From positions 1 through 32,630 of the forward strand of contig JAFGND010000041.1 of the NCBI GenBank assembly GCA_016927185.1: 32,630 nt of DNA. Direction: 5' to 3'. Made by a program: the position numbers and the translations under genes. The notes under the pieces were generated by a model. It saw only the letters and a list, made by a program, of their open reading frames with translations, had not been told where the DNA came from and did not search any database. Below, in pieces: positions 1 through 9,647 of the stretch; position 1 is the stretch's first letter, and each line of letters opens with the position of its first letter. The stretch comes from Candidatus Coatesbacteria bacterium (GTDB lineage Bacteria > JAFGND01).

Positions 1-234
1 TAGATTTTATATTATCTTTCTTTGTAAATCTCCATATAGTCAAAAAAAAAAAAGAAATAGATTGTCAAGGTTTTTATTCTCTTTTTTTAATCCATCCCCA
101 GAGACTTGATGGACTTAAGTTATGAGGAAGTAATATTAATGGAAGCAGTGGGAGAGGAGACAAGATAACTGGATGATGGATAAGCATGAATAAATCACTT
201 GACTTATAATGCAAATACTCAAGCAGAAAACATC

Positions 235-3200
235 ATGCAATCACCGGTATATAATATTATATGTGAACCCAACAGATCCTTCTGTCTTCCTGCATACAGC
301 ATTTTCAGGCTCAAAGTAAGGATTGAAAAGCAAGAAAGCTTTCCCTATGAAGACATAAAGATATGCTTGAGAACCAATCTGGGACAGGCAGAAACAATAA
401 GAAAGCAGATAATAACAAAGGTTGAGGAGAAGTTCACACATAGCTTCGATTTTCATGATATAGAATTTCAATTTGATAAAAACGAAGAGATTTACAAGCT
501 GGATTTCCTTCTTGATGAAGTAGGATATTTCGAGTGGAAGGTATGGGCATGTAATGCAAATATGGCAGAACCATGGGATTACTGGACACCCGGTTTCAAT
601 AACGGGATAAGCGTCTTTCCGGCAGCCTATTCAAAAAACAATTCAATTTATTGCATTTTCACCAGACAATTCACTGAATCACGTTACAGGGAAAGTAATA
701 TTGACAAGGATATCGATGAACAGGTAAGAATGCTGGAAAACAAGGGTTATACAGTAATCAGACCTTCAGGAAATTTCGATGAGCTGAAGAAGGAATTACC
801 TTTCATCATAAAAAAACTTGGAATGAAAATAATACATTTTCTTCCCATTAATCCAGTTCCTCATTCGTATGGAAGAATGGGAGATTATGGAAGTCCTTAT
901 GCAAGCATTGACTTCTTTGCCATAGATCCCCTTTACGCAAGATTTTCAAGATACAAGACAATAGAGGAGCAGTTCATAGATCTGACTTCCCATATTCATT
1001 ATCTCGGGGGAAAAGTCCTGCTTGATATGGCAGTAAATCATACAGGCTGGGCTTCAAAAATATCGGCAATTCATCCCGACTGGCAGCAGAGAAAACCTGA
1101 TGGTGAATTTGTCTCACCTGGTGCATGGGGAACTGTCTGGGAAGATCTTGTAGCACTTAATCACAGCAGGGAAGATCTCTGGGTTCACCTTGCCTATATG
1201 TTCAGGACTTGGTGCAGCAGGGGAGTTGACGGTTTCAGGCTTGATGCAGGATACATGATTCCTCTTTCAACATGGCAATATATAATTGCGAAAGTCAGGG
1301 AAGTCTATCCTGATTGTCTCTTTCTGCTTGAAGGTCTGGGAGGTCCTGTAGAAACTACGAAAGAGCTTCTGAAATCAGGGCTTATGAACTGGGCATACAG
1401 TGAGCTGTTTCAGAATTATACAAAGGAACAGCTTGATGGGTATCTGCAATTCGCTGACAATCTCAGCTCTGAAGCAGGAGTTCTGGTACATTATGCAGAA
1501 ACCCACGATAACAACAGGCTTGCTAAGTCCGGAAAAACATACACTCTCATGAGATTGTCTCTTTCTGCATTTGCAAGTTCATATGGCAGTTGGGGTTTTA
1601 CGAATGGTGTAGAATGGCTTGCAACAGAAAAGATAGATGTCCATAAATGCAATTCACTGAACTGGGGAGCAAATGACAATCTTGTTGACGAGATTTCAAG
1701 AATAAATTCTGTACTTTCTGAGAATCCCGCTTTCTGGAAAAGCGGAAACCTTAAAGTGCTGAGGACTGATTCTAAGGATGTATGCATGTTCTACAGGCAA
1801 AACCCTGAAAGAAACAACTATATACTTGTAGTAATCAATCTTAATTGCAGCTCAAAATGCAGTGTGAAAATCTCTCTTGAGGAATTGAAAATTGAGCTGC
1901 CATTCAAAAGCGAAATCACTGCAAATGACTTGCTTACAGGGAATTCCTACAGAATTGTAGAGGGAAATTTCACTATTCAGTTGATAAAAGGACAGACAAG
2001 AGTGCTTAGATTCGAAGAATCCGAGAATCCTTTTAAACTTGTTCTTCTGAATTCCGAAAAAAGAACATTGCCTGAAATCGAAACTGTATACAGGATAATC
2101 AGATACTATTTCAGACAGGAGAATGCAGGAAGGATAGACAAGGAGAAACTTCTGTCATCTCAAATCCATTTCAGGGAATTGATAGATTTTGTGAGGGAAA
2201 ATAGCATTGATGATTTCCTGACAGATGAGCTTGAAACAAGAATAATGTCATACTCCATTGATAAATACAGGCATTCAATAATATGGAATTTTGACAAGAA
2301 GCACAAGGATTTCATTGTGGAAGGCAATACATGGCTGATAGTTTCAAGTGATATACCTTGTGAAGCATTTCTTGATACAATCAAGGTAGAGAGCGTATCT
2401 GGTGATGACGGTCTCAACTGGTCAATTTTCTCCCCTGCAAACAGGCATATGAGATCAATGCTTTCTTTTCATTTCATAGAGAAAAAGGAAGGGAAAATCA
2501 CAAGAAGATGGGAAAAATCTGCTTTCCCTGTATACTTTCTTCCTGATTATAAAAAACTCAGGGAAGAAATAAGGGATTTCAATCTGATATTTGATAACAG
2601 GGAAATACAGAAAAACTGGACTTGCGTAATTCTGGGAAATGGAAGAGGTTCGATGCTTAAAACTCCGCTTGCTCCAGGGAAAATCCACAGCAAGTATGAT
2701 GCCCTCCTGATGATCAATCCATCCAGTGATTATCCTGAGGACAGGATAGCAGTGGTTAAATGCTCAAAGGATATAATCATTGCAAGGGGAAAGATTTATG
2801 AACTTGATGAGCGAGATTGTATAAGTTTCATAAGATATCCGATACCTTCCTGGAAATTCCATATAAGAGATGCTGATACATCATTCATCCTTACAAAGAG
2901 AATGCATCTTGTCAGAAATGAGAATACAACCTTGATTGAATATAGATGCATGGAAGCTTCTGAACCCTTCATACTCCAGGTCGCTTTTTATCATGAATGG
3001 AGATCCTTTCATGAGGAAACCAAGGCAACAAAGCTGGAAAAAGAGTGGATAAAGCCATACAGGATATTGAAAAAGGACACAGGTTATGAGTTTATGCCAT
3101 ATTCTGGCAAACTGACAGTTCTTGCAGGAAGCGGGGAGTTTGCTGAACAAAGCCACTGGTATTACAATTTTCCACATTCATTCGAGGCAACTAGAGGACA

Positions 3201-4662
3201 GGAATCATCTGGTGATGCTTATTGTCCAGGTCATTTCCTGGTGGAATTTGCTGAGGGAAGCAAGGTTGAGTTCAGTCTCAGTACAGAAAAAGAGATTAAA
3301 AAGTCTTATTTCCAGAAAGCATTGATAAATGAAAGCAAGAGACAGCTTTCATTATACAGGAAGTTGCCTGAGAAATTGAAGGATGACCCTGTTGCAAAAT
3401 ATCTTATACTTGCACTGGATCAGTTCATAGTCAAGAGAGATAAAGGCTTCACCATAATTGCAGGATATCCATGGTTCCTTGACTGGGGCAGGGACACATT
3501 GATTTGCATCCCAGGTCTTCTTGAAGTCGGTTTCCTGAAAGAGTCAGCAGGGATTATTTCGGAGTTCGCAAGTTTCACTGGAAAAGGAATTATGCCTAAT
3601 ACGATTTTCGGCAAGACAGCAGGTAATTTTGATACAAGCGATGCCCCTTTATGGCTTATTAATGCTGTCAGATGCTATTATGAGAAGACGAATCAGGAGC
3701 AATTCCTGTTTAAGCCTCTTCGAGATGATGGAAGTACTTTGCTTGATATATTGAAGGAGATAATTGATAATTATATACTGGGAACCAAGAATGGTATTAT
3801 ATGTGATACTGAAACTGGCTTGATATTTTCTCCAACGCATTTCACATGGATGGATACGCAATATCCTGCTGCCACACCAAGACAGGGTTATCCTGTGGAA
3901 ATCCAGGGATTATGGATAAATGCCCTCAAATTTCTGTCTGTTATATTAAAAGATGATAACAAGAAAAACAAATACAGGATGCTTTCGGAAAAAGCTTATG
4001 ATTCACTATTAAAGTATTACTGGCTTGAAGAAGATGGATATTTTGCTGACTGTATAAACTCAGATATAGACAGGCAATTCAATCCAGTGGAGACAGACAA
4101 ATCGTTGAGACCAAATCAGCTGATCCTTCTTTATTTGAATCTTATTGAGAAAGACAAGGCAAGAAGAATGCTTTGCAAGATAAAAGAGGAACTCCTGGTG
4201 CCAGGTGCAGTCAGAACTCTTTCAGACAAGCCTCTTTCTAAACCTGTGTATATAAGAGACAACTCCGGAAATCTGCTTAATGATCCATGGAATCTTTACA
4301 GGGGAAGATATGAAGGTGATGAAGACAGTTCAAGGAAAGTCTCTTATCACAATGGCACGGCATGGTTATGGCTTTATCCATTGTTCATAGAAGCACTGGC
4401 ATCCCTGGAAGAAGATGCTGATTCCCTGCAAAATGCATTAACATATTTTGCTCCGTCAATTGCTCTGTTAAGGGAGGCTGCAATAGGTACTCTGGAAGAG
4501 ATAAGGGATGGGAATTATCCTCATACAGCCAGGGGATGTTTTGCACAGGCATGGTCAATCTCTGAATTTCTTCGTGTATATCTGAAACTGAGGTTGAAGG
4601 AGATTGCATCAGAAAATGCAAAAAACAGTGACCTTGCTTCAGGTGAAGAAAACCTGATTTAG
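235..4662 (+). CDS. Glycogen debranching enzyme fusion: N-terminal GH13 alpha-amylase-family domain plus C-terminal amylo-alpha-1,6-glucosidase (GDE_N/GDE_C)
   Basis: GH13 motifs IIHFLPINP, GSPYA, LDMAVNHTG, GVDGFRLDAG (nucleophile Asp), FLLEGLG (acid/base Glu), ETHDN. GDE_C motifs IAGYPWFLDWGRDT, SDAPLW, TWMD, LRPNQL, YHNGTAW, QAWS. The track starts at TTG 199; I prefer the in-frame ATG at 235 because 199-204 (TTGACT) looks like a -35 element. Confidence 0.9.
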   Translation: MQSPVYNIICEPNRSFCLPAYSIFRLKVRIEKQESFPYEDIKICLRTNLGQAETIRKQIITKVEEKFTHSFDFHDIEFQFDKNEEIYKLDFLLDEVGYFEWKVWACNANMAEPWDYWTPGFNNGISVFPAAYSKNNSIYCIFTRQFTESRYRESNIDKDIDEQVRMLENKGYTVIRPSGNFDELKKELPFIIKKLGMKIIHFLPINPVPHSYGRMGDYGSPYASIDFFAIDPLYARFSRYKTIEEQFIDLTSHIHYLGGKVLLDMAVNHTGWASKISAIHPDWQQRKPDGEFVSPGAWGTVWEDLVALNHSREDLWVHLAYMFRTWCSRGVDGFRLDAGYMIPLSTWQYIIAKVREVYPDCLFLLEGLGGPVETTKELLKSGLMNWAYSELFQNYTKEQLDGYLQFADNLSSEAGVLVHYAETHDNNRLAKSGKTYTLMRLSLSAFASSYGSWGFTNGVEWLATEKIDVHKCNSLNWGANDNLVDEISRINSVLSENPAFWKSGNLKVLRTDSKDVCMFYRQNPERNNYILVVINLNCSSKCSVKISLEELKIELPFKSEITANDLLTGNSYRIVEGNFTIQLIKGQTRVLRFEESENPFKLVLLNSEKRTLPEIETVYRIIRYYFRQENAGRIDKEKLLSSQIHFRELIDFVRENSIDDFLTDELETRIMSYSIDKYRHSIIWNFDKKHKDFIVEGNTWLIVSSDIPCEAFLDTIKVESVSGDDGLNWSIFSPANRHMRSMLSFHFIEKKEGKITRRWEKSAFPVYFLPDYKKLREEIRDFNLIFDNREIQKNWTCVILGNGRGSMLKTPLAPGKIHSKYDALLMINPSSDYPEDRIAVVKCSKDIIIARGKIYELDERDCISFIRYPIPSWKFHIRDADTSFILTKRMHLVRNENTTLIEYRCMEASEPFILQVAFYHEWRSFHEETKATKLEKEWIKPYRILKKDTGYEFMPYSGKLTVLAGSGEFAEQSHWYYNFPHSFEATRGQESSGDAYCPGHFLVEFAEGSKVEFSLSTEKEIKKSYFQKALINESKRQLSLYRKLPEKLKDDPVAKYLILALDQFIVKRDKGFTIIAGYPWFLDWGRDTLICIPGLLEVGFLKESAGIISEFASFTGKGIMPNTIFGKTAGNFDTSDAPLWLINAVRCYYEKTNQEQFLFKPLRDDGSTLLDILKEIIDNYILGTKNGIICDTETGLIFSPTHFTWMDTQYPAATPRQGYPVEIQGLWINALKFLSVILKDDNKKNKYRMLSEKAYDSLLKYYWLEEDGYFADCINSDIDRQFNPVETDKSLRPNQLILLYLNLIEKDKARRMLCKIKEELLVPGAVRTLSDKPLSKPVYIRDNSGNLLNDPWNLYRGRYEGDEDSSRKVSYHNGTAWLWLYPLFIEALASLEEDADSLQNALTYFAPSIALLREAAIGTLEEIRDGNYPHTARGCFAQAWSISEFLRVYLKLRLKEIASENAKNSDLASGEENLI

Positions 4663-7600
4663 AAAGCTATGATCTTGTCTTCAAGAAGCTGAAAACGCCT
4701 GTACAGATCCTCGTCGTTTATCTCTTTTGAAAGGGTAATCCCTCTCTTTATGTCAGATCTGGACAGGTCCCTTGAACCATGCAATAATAGAATCCTTGCT
4801 CTTATGAATAACAGTCTTGCAAGATCTTTTTCATTACCTTTATCTGGAATGTTTGCTATGGACTGATCAAGATAGCTTATTGCTTCCAGGAGGTTCTGCT
4901 CAACAAGAGACAATCTTGACAAATGCTCGAGTGCATATGCCTTTTTTGACGTATCCTTGATGCTTGTGAAAATATGCAATCCTTTTGTATAACATTCATG
5001 AGCAGCCTTGTAATTGGAAGTATTGAAATATATTATTCCTCTAAGCATGTAACAGCTGGCAAGATGATATAAATCCTCTATATTCATCCAAATTGATAAA
5101 GCCTGATCAACATTATCAGCAGCATTGTCTATATCTCCCAACTTTATATATATCTTTGCCAGTTCCTCCTTGATTTTAGCTATTCCTCTCTTGTCATCAA
5201 TTTCCTTTCTTATACTAAGGCTTTCCTCAAGCAATTGTTTTGCTCTTCCCAGATCGTAATCCTTATGCAATTTCCCCAGATTAGCAAGAACAATTGCAGT
5301 TCCCTTCTTGTCACCGATTTGCGTAAAAATATCATAAGCCTGCAGCAGATTATCAAGACTTTGTTCCATTTTTCCCATCTTCATGAAAATCCCTGCCAAA
5401 TTGCATAAGGAGGCAGCAAAACCTCTCCTGTCAGGAAGATGTTCGCTAAGCAAAAGACTCTTCTGATAATTTTCCAGTGAAGCTTCATAATCTTCCTGCA
5501 TGAAAAGCGTATTACCTATATTCCTGTAAGATTTTATTATCATCTCCTTGTTCTTGCCTGTCTGTGCGAGGTGAAGCTGTCTTCTGAAGAAACCAAGGGC
5601 ATCATCAAGGGATAGATTTGCAAGATGATGTCTCCCGAGACCATCGAAACTCTGGCATAGAAGATCCGTATCACCAAGCTCCAGGGCAAGCTGGTAGTGC
5701 TGGTTTAAATAAAGTCCCCATTTTATAAGATCTCCCTGATCTCTGTACAACTTGCTTACCTCGTTAAGCAAACTGCATAGAAGGTATTGGTCAGCACTTT
5801 CCCCTTCAGTCTGCAGTTTAGAAAGTGCATCAGTGGCTAGAGACAATCCTTCTGAATATCTTCCTTTCTGTCTCAGCAATTCAATCTGGGCTAGCTGAAC
5901 CTGTACTACATCAGCTCCTTCATCCAGCTGAGGTAAAAGCTGCTCATATAGAAACAGTGCTTCATCAACCTGGAATATTTCTGCAGCTTTTAATGCCGCC
6001 TTTTCCAGATACAATTTTGCCTTGATCTTGTTACCACTTTGCTCTGCATGTCTTGCAAGATCCTGAAGCCTTCTTGACTGGAATGAAGAAGATTCTCTTG
6101 CATCCTCTTTCTGTTCCTCTAAAACCTTCAGAACTACTTCATGTATATGTCTTCTGTTCTGGAATGAAAGCATATTGTAAGCTGTTTCCTGTAAAAGATA
6201 ATGGGTGAAAGTATAGCTGAGTATTGTTCCATATGTAGCTTCCTGATCAAGCGCAACTATTGCCTCTTTTTCTGCAATACTGCATAATTCCTCAATCTCG
6301 TCTGTATCCTGCAGATTTTCCTGGGAGAATTGCTCCCATATTTCCTTCAATATGTCTATCCTGAATGATTTTCCTATTACGGAAGCAATCTGAAGCATGG
6401 TTCTCACTTTTTGCTGCAGGGAATCCAGTCTGGCAAGCAGAAGCAATTGCAAATTTTGAGGGAGTGAAAATCTCTTGCTCTGATAATACCAGACACCATC
6501 TTTCAGTTTGATTACCTTTATATTGCTTAAATGTCTTGAAAGCTGCTCAAGGAATAGAGGATTATTGCCAGTTTGCTGATTCAGAAGCACCTTCAAATCA
6601 TCACTTAAGTCCCCACCTCCTAATGTTGCTTTAACTAGCTCAACCATATCATCATTTGCAAGAGGGCCAAGCTCCATAGTTGCTTTTATTTCAAAGCCTT
6701 CCTCCCTGATGTGCTTGTCTGCCTCTCTGTAACCAGGTCTCATTGCACATACAATGAATATTGGAAATTCGGAAGTTGAATGAAGGATGAGTTTCAGAAG
6801 CTCAAGGCTTGCATCATCAATGTAATGAGCATCATCAATTACCAGTATCGTGGGTGAAATTGAAGCTTCAGCTTTGAAAAGTGTGCAAATGGCTGTTTGC
6901 CAGTTATCCCTTCTTGATTTCGGATCTATCTGATAATATAAAGAATCCGGTTCTGCAAGTTCAAGTTCGAATCCCAGAAGAATCTGCTCGAACTTGGAGA
7001 CTTCTTGCGAAATATTCTTGGGAACTTTGTAATTATTAATCAGCTGCTGCAGGGATCTATATGCTTTTATCTTGTTGGAAGAACTTGAAACATTTTCTGA
7101 GAAACCCATGTATTGCTTCAGCCAGGCCAGAAAGGGATAAAAACCTGTACTCAATATTGGATCACATGTTGTAGAAAACCAGCTGAATGATTTTCCCTCT
7201 GTCCATAATTTATCCCGAAGAGCTGTTATAAGTCTTGTCTTTCCTATTCCTGAAACTCCCTTTATCAGATACAATCCAGCATTCTTTTTTGAAAAAATTG
7301 GGCAGACAGCATCATAAATCTCATCAAGCTCGTCTTTTCTTCCAAAAAGCTTCAGGAAGAATTTTTCAGCTTTTGGATGAGGGAGTCTTTCCTGAAGCTG
7401 GAATACTGGCTGAGGATTTGACTTCCCTTTTATATGCTGCAATCCCTTGTATGAGAATGAAAAAAACCTCTTCCCGAGTTCGAATAACTCTGTATTAGTC
7501 AAGATTTCCTCTATTGATGACATTTCCATCAATCTTGCTGCGACATTCACAGTGTCACCAATTGCAGTATGTTCGAATCTATCTTCTGAGCCCAGCTTGC

Positions 7601-8555
7601 CGGCAAAGACTATTCCGTAACTTGCACCAGCTTTTATTGTAACCCCCATAAGAATGCTTGTAAGCTCTTCCTGAAGTTCTGAGAGAAACTCAAGTGCAAA
7701 GAATGGGTCATTTTCTGATGCCTTTGGAGTTCCCCAGAAAAGGACAACTCGTGCACCTTTATCACCAAATTCTATTTTTGAGAGATATCCCTGAAACTTT
7801 GTGGAAAGAGATGCAATTTTTTTATAGAAAATATCAATTTCTTCATAAGTGCTTATTCCCGAAAAGCTTATGAAAACAGAAATGACTGGTCTGAATTCCC
7901 CTTCAGTCAGTATTCCCAGGACTTCCTTCCCTGAAAATGCTTCTGGTGAAAATTCAGGAATAAGATCACTTCTTGAGGAGGTTGACTTAGAAGATTTCTT
8001 TGTGGATTTCAGATTGACAAGTAATGTATTAGGTTCTATTGGCTCAATTATCTGTGATAGTACATTTGCAGCAGTTTCAACTGCTTCTCCCTTGAAATAC
8101 CATCCCAGTCTGGATTTTGAACCTACAATTCCCCAGTCTATCTGACCTGAAGCAATGCTTATCTTTACTGAGAAAGCAAATTCGCCCCATAATGTATGTT
8201 TTGTTGCCTTGTGCTCGAAATACTCCTTTATCTCTTCTGCAACAAAAAGGGCTGTTGTTTCCAGTTTTGACAAATCCTTCTTAGCTTCATAAAGAGCAAG
8301 AAAGGAATCTCCACCGAAACTAGCTATAAATCCTCCAGTTGAATTCACGAGATTGATTGGATATGTGAAAACCTCGTTTAAAGAACGTGTCAGGTATTCA
8401 GCACCTTCCAGCCCATAAGGGATAAGCTGTTCAGTAAGCTGTGTTGAACCAGTAATATCCACAAGCAGGGCAATGCCAGTGAAGGTTCCCATATGATGCC
8501 CAACAATCATCTTGTCAGTAATAAACTGAGGTATCAAGGGATAATTCTCATTCAT
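4659..8555 (-). CDS. Tandem class III adenylate/guanylate cyclase domains + STAND-type P-loop ATPase + TPR repeats (soluble adenylyl cyclase-like architecture), copy 1
   Basis: C1: LLVDITGST, FGGDSFL. C2: EFGDKG, EHTAIGDTVNVAARLM. ATPase: LFGRKDEL, Walker A GVSGIGKTRL, Walker B ILVIDDAH, GNNPLFLEQL, LLLARLDSL, FTHYLLQETAY. C-terminal TPR-like helices. The stop overlaps the convergent debranching gene stop by 4 nt. Confidence 0.9.
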   Translation of the reverse strand: MNENYPLIPQFITDKMIVGHHMGTFTGIALLVDITGSTQLTEQLIPYGLEGAEYLTRSLNEVFTYPINLVNSTGGFIASFGGDSFLALYEAKKDLSKLETTALFVAEEIKEYFEHKATKHTLWGEFAFSVKISIASGQIDWGIVGSKSRLGWYFKGEAVETAANVLSQIIEPIEPNTLLVNLKSTKKSSKSTSSRSDLIPEFSPEAFSGKEVLGILTEGEFRPVISVFISFSGISTYEEIDIFYKKIASLSTKFQGYLSKIEFGDKGARVVLFWGTPKASENDPFFALEFLSELQEELTSILMGVTIKAGASYGIVFAGKLGSEDRFEHTAIGDTVNVAARLMEMSSIEEILTNTELFELGKRFFSFSYKGLQHIKGKSNPQPVFQLQERLPHPKAEKFFLKLFGRKDELDEIYDAVCPIFSKKNAGLYLIKGVSGIGKTRLITALRDKLWTEGKSFSWFSTTCDPILSTGFYPFLAWLKQYMGFSENVSSSSNKIKAYRSLQQLINNYKVPKNISQEVSKFEQILLGFELELAEPDSLYYQIDPKSRRDNWQTAICTLFKAEASISPTILVIDDAHYIDDASLELLKLILHSTSEFPIFIVCAMRPGYREADKHIREEGFEIKATMELGPLANDDMVELVKATLGGGDLSDDLKVLLNQQTGNNPLFLEQLSRHLSNIKVIKLKDGVWYYQSKRFSLPQNLQLLLLARLDSLQQKVRTMLQIASVIGKSFRIDILKEIWEQFSQENLQDTDEIEELCSIAEKEAIVALDQEATYGTILSYTFTHYLLQETAYNMLSFQNRRHIHEVVLKVLEEQKEDARESSSFQSRRLQDLARHAEQSGNKIKAKLYLEKAALKAAEIFQVDEALFLYEQLLPQLDEGADVVQVQLAQIELLRQKGRYSEGLSLATDALSKLQTEGESADQYLLCSLLNEVSKLYRDQGDLIKWGLYLNQHYQLALELGDTDLLCQSFDGLGRHHLANLSLDDALGFFRRQLHLAQTGKNKEMIIKSYRNIGNTLFMQEDYEASLENYQKSLLLSEHLPDRRGFAASLCNLAGIFMKMGKMEQSLDNLLQAYDIFTQIGDKKGTAIVLANLGKLHKDYDLGRAKQLLEESLSIRKEIDDKRGIAKIKEELAKIYIKLGDIDNAADNVDQALSIWMNIEDLYHLASCYMLRGIIYFNTSNYKAAHECYTKGLHIFTSIKDTSKKAYALEHLSRLSLVEQNLLEAISYLDQSIANIPDKGNEKDLARLLFIRARILLLHGSRDLSRSDIKRGITLSKEINDEDLYRRFQLLEDKIIAF

Positions 8556-9096
8556 TTTTCAGTTTTTCATGATTTGACAAAGCTTTCAAATCAATGCTTT
8601 CAAGAAATTCTATAAGCTTGACTTCATCAGTATAAGGTTCCAACAAGCCAAAAGCCTTTACCTCTATTTTGCCAGCAAGAATGGAAATACTTCCTTTATT
8701 CCTTTTGACAGGATATTCCTTGTATTTCTCTTTTGAAAAATTCTTAAAAAAATCCTCGCTTCTATTACTTCTGTCTATAAAATGTATGAAACATGCAAGT
8801 CTGTCATTTGGCTGTACCCTCAGATTAGCTACCAATCTGTCAGGCAGGAAAGCAAATTCCCATCTCCTTGCAGAAACAATATTATCCTTTATTATATCCT
8901 GTTTAGAAGGGGGAGTCTTTATATAGTCTGGAAGGTACTTGACCAGCTCCATTGGTCTGAAATCAGGATTAGCCTGCCTTTCTGAAGACCATTCATCTTT
9001 TTTCAATGGAATGCTTTTTTCCTTTTCCTGAGAGAAGTCTTCTCTGCTGCATCCGCACATGAAAAAAGCTGTTAAAAAAAGAATCAATATAATCAT
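8548..9096 (-). CDS. Hypothetical lipoprotein (paralogue of 9093-9647)
   Basis: Hydrophobic N-terminus with lipobox-like FMCG-C. ATGA overlap with the upstream gene and 8-nt overlap with the cyclase start. Confidence 0.75.
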   Translation of the reverse strand: MIILILFLTAFFMCGCSREDFSQEKEKSIPLKKDEWSSERQANPDFRPMELVKYLPDYIKTPPSKQDIIKDNIVSARRWEFAFLPDRLVANLRVQPNDRLACFIHFIDRSNRSEDFFKNFSKEKYKEYPVKRNKGSISILAGKIEVKAFGLLEPYTDEVKLIEFLESIDLKALSNHEKLKNE

Positions 9097-9647
9097 TTTT
9101 GTATGGAAGAGTATTTCTCCAATTCCTTTAAATTGAACTTGCCAAGAAAATCCTCAATAGACTTATCAGTAGCGAAAGTGTTGATCTTCTGACCATAACC
9201 GCACCTTATCTCCATCTCTCCTATCCAGACTGCATAAAAACCGTCAGCGTGATGTCTGACTGGATAACCAAGCAGTTTTTCCTTGAACTCAGTTTTTTTA
9301 AGGTCTCCCTTTTTTCTTGGAAAAATATGAGCCCAGATTGCAGTTTCATTATCCTTTTTTCTTTGAAGATACATGATTATGAAATGATTCCTTGTATCTG
9401 TTTTATATTCATAGTCACTGTATTCTGGATACTTGTCAAGTTCCGGGAAAAATCCTTTTATCTTCTCATAAAACAATTTGCTATCCTCTGCTACCGGTTC
9501 GGGAAATGATTTTTCTGAAGTTTTTGTATCATTCTTTTTCTGATCGCTTTTTGCATTATCCTTCTTTTCAGAACTCTCATTTCTCTTGCAGGACAAGGAA
9601 ATACATAAAATGCATAGCATGACTATTTGGAATATCAACTTCTGCAA
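9093..9647 (-). CDS. Hypothetical lipoprotein (paralogue of 8548-9096)
   Basis: TTG start with AGGAG 8 nt upstream, inside the end of etfA. Signal peptide MQKLIFQIVMLCILCISLS-C followed by a charged low-complexity linker. Confidence 0.75.
   Translation of the reverse strand: MQKLIFQIVMLCILCISLSCKRNESSEKKDNAKSDQKKNDTKTSEKSFPEPVAEDSKLFYEKIKGFFPELDKYPEYSDYEYKTDTRNHFIIMYLQRKKDNETAIWAHIFPRKKGDLKKTEFKEKLLGYPVRHHADGFYAVWIGEMEIRCGYGQKINTFATDKSIEDFLGKFNLKELEKYSSIQK

Noticed and set aside
109..168. 19-codon ORF MDLSYEEVILMEAVGEETR upstream of the debranching gene
   Set aside because: No SD, no recognisable motif, and short enough to arise by chance.
4659..4662. 4-nt overlap of convergent stop codons as a regulatory feature
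   Set aside because: Common in compact genomes; nothing else supports a function.
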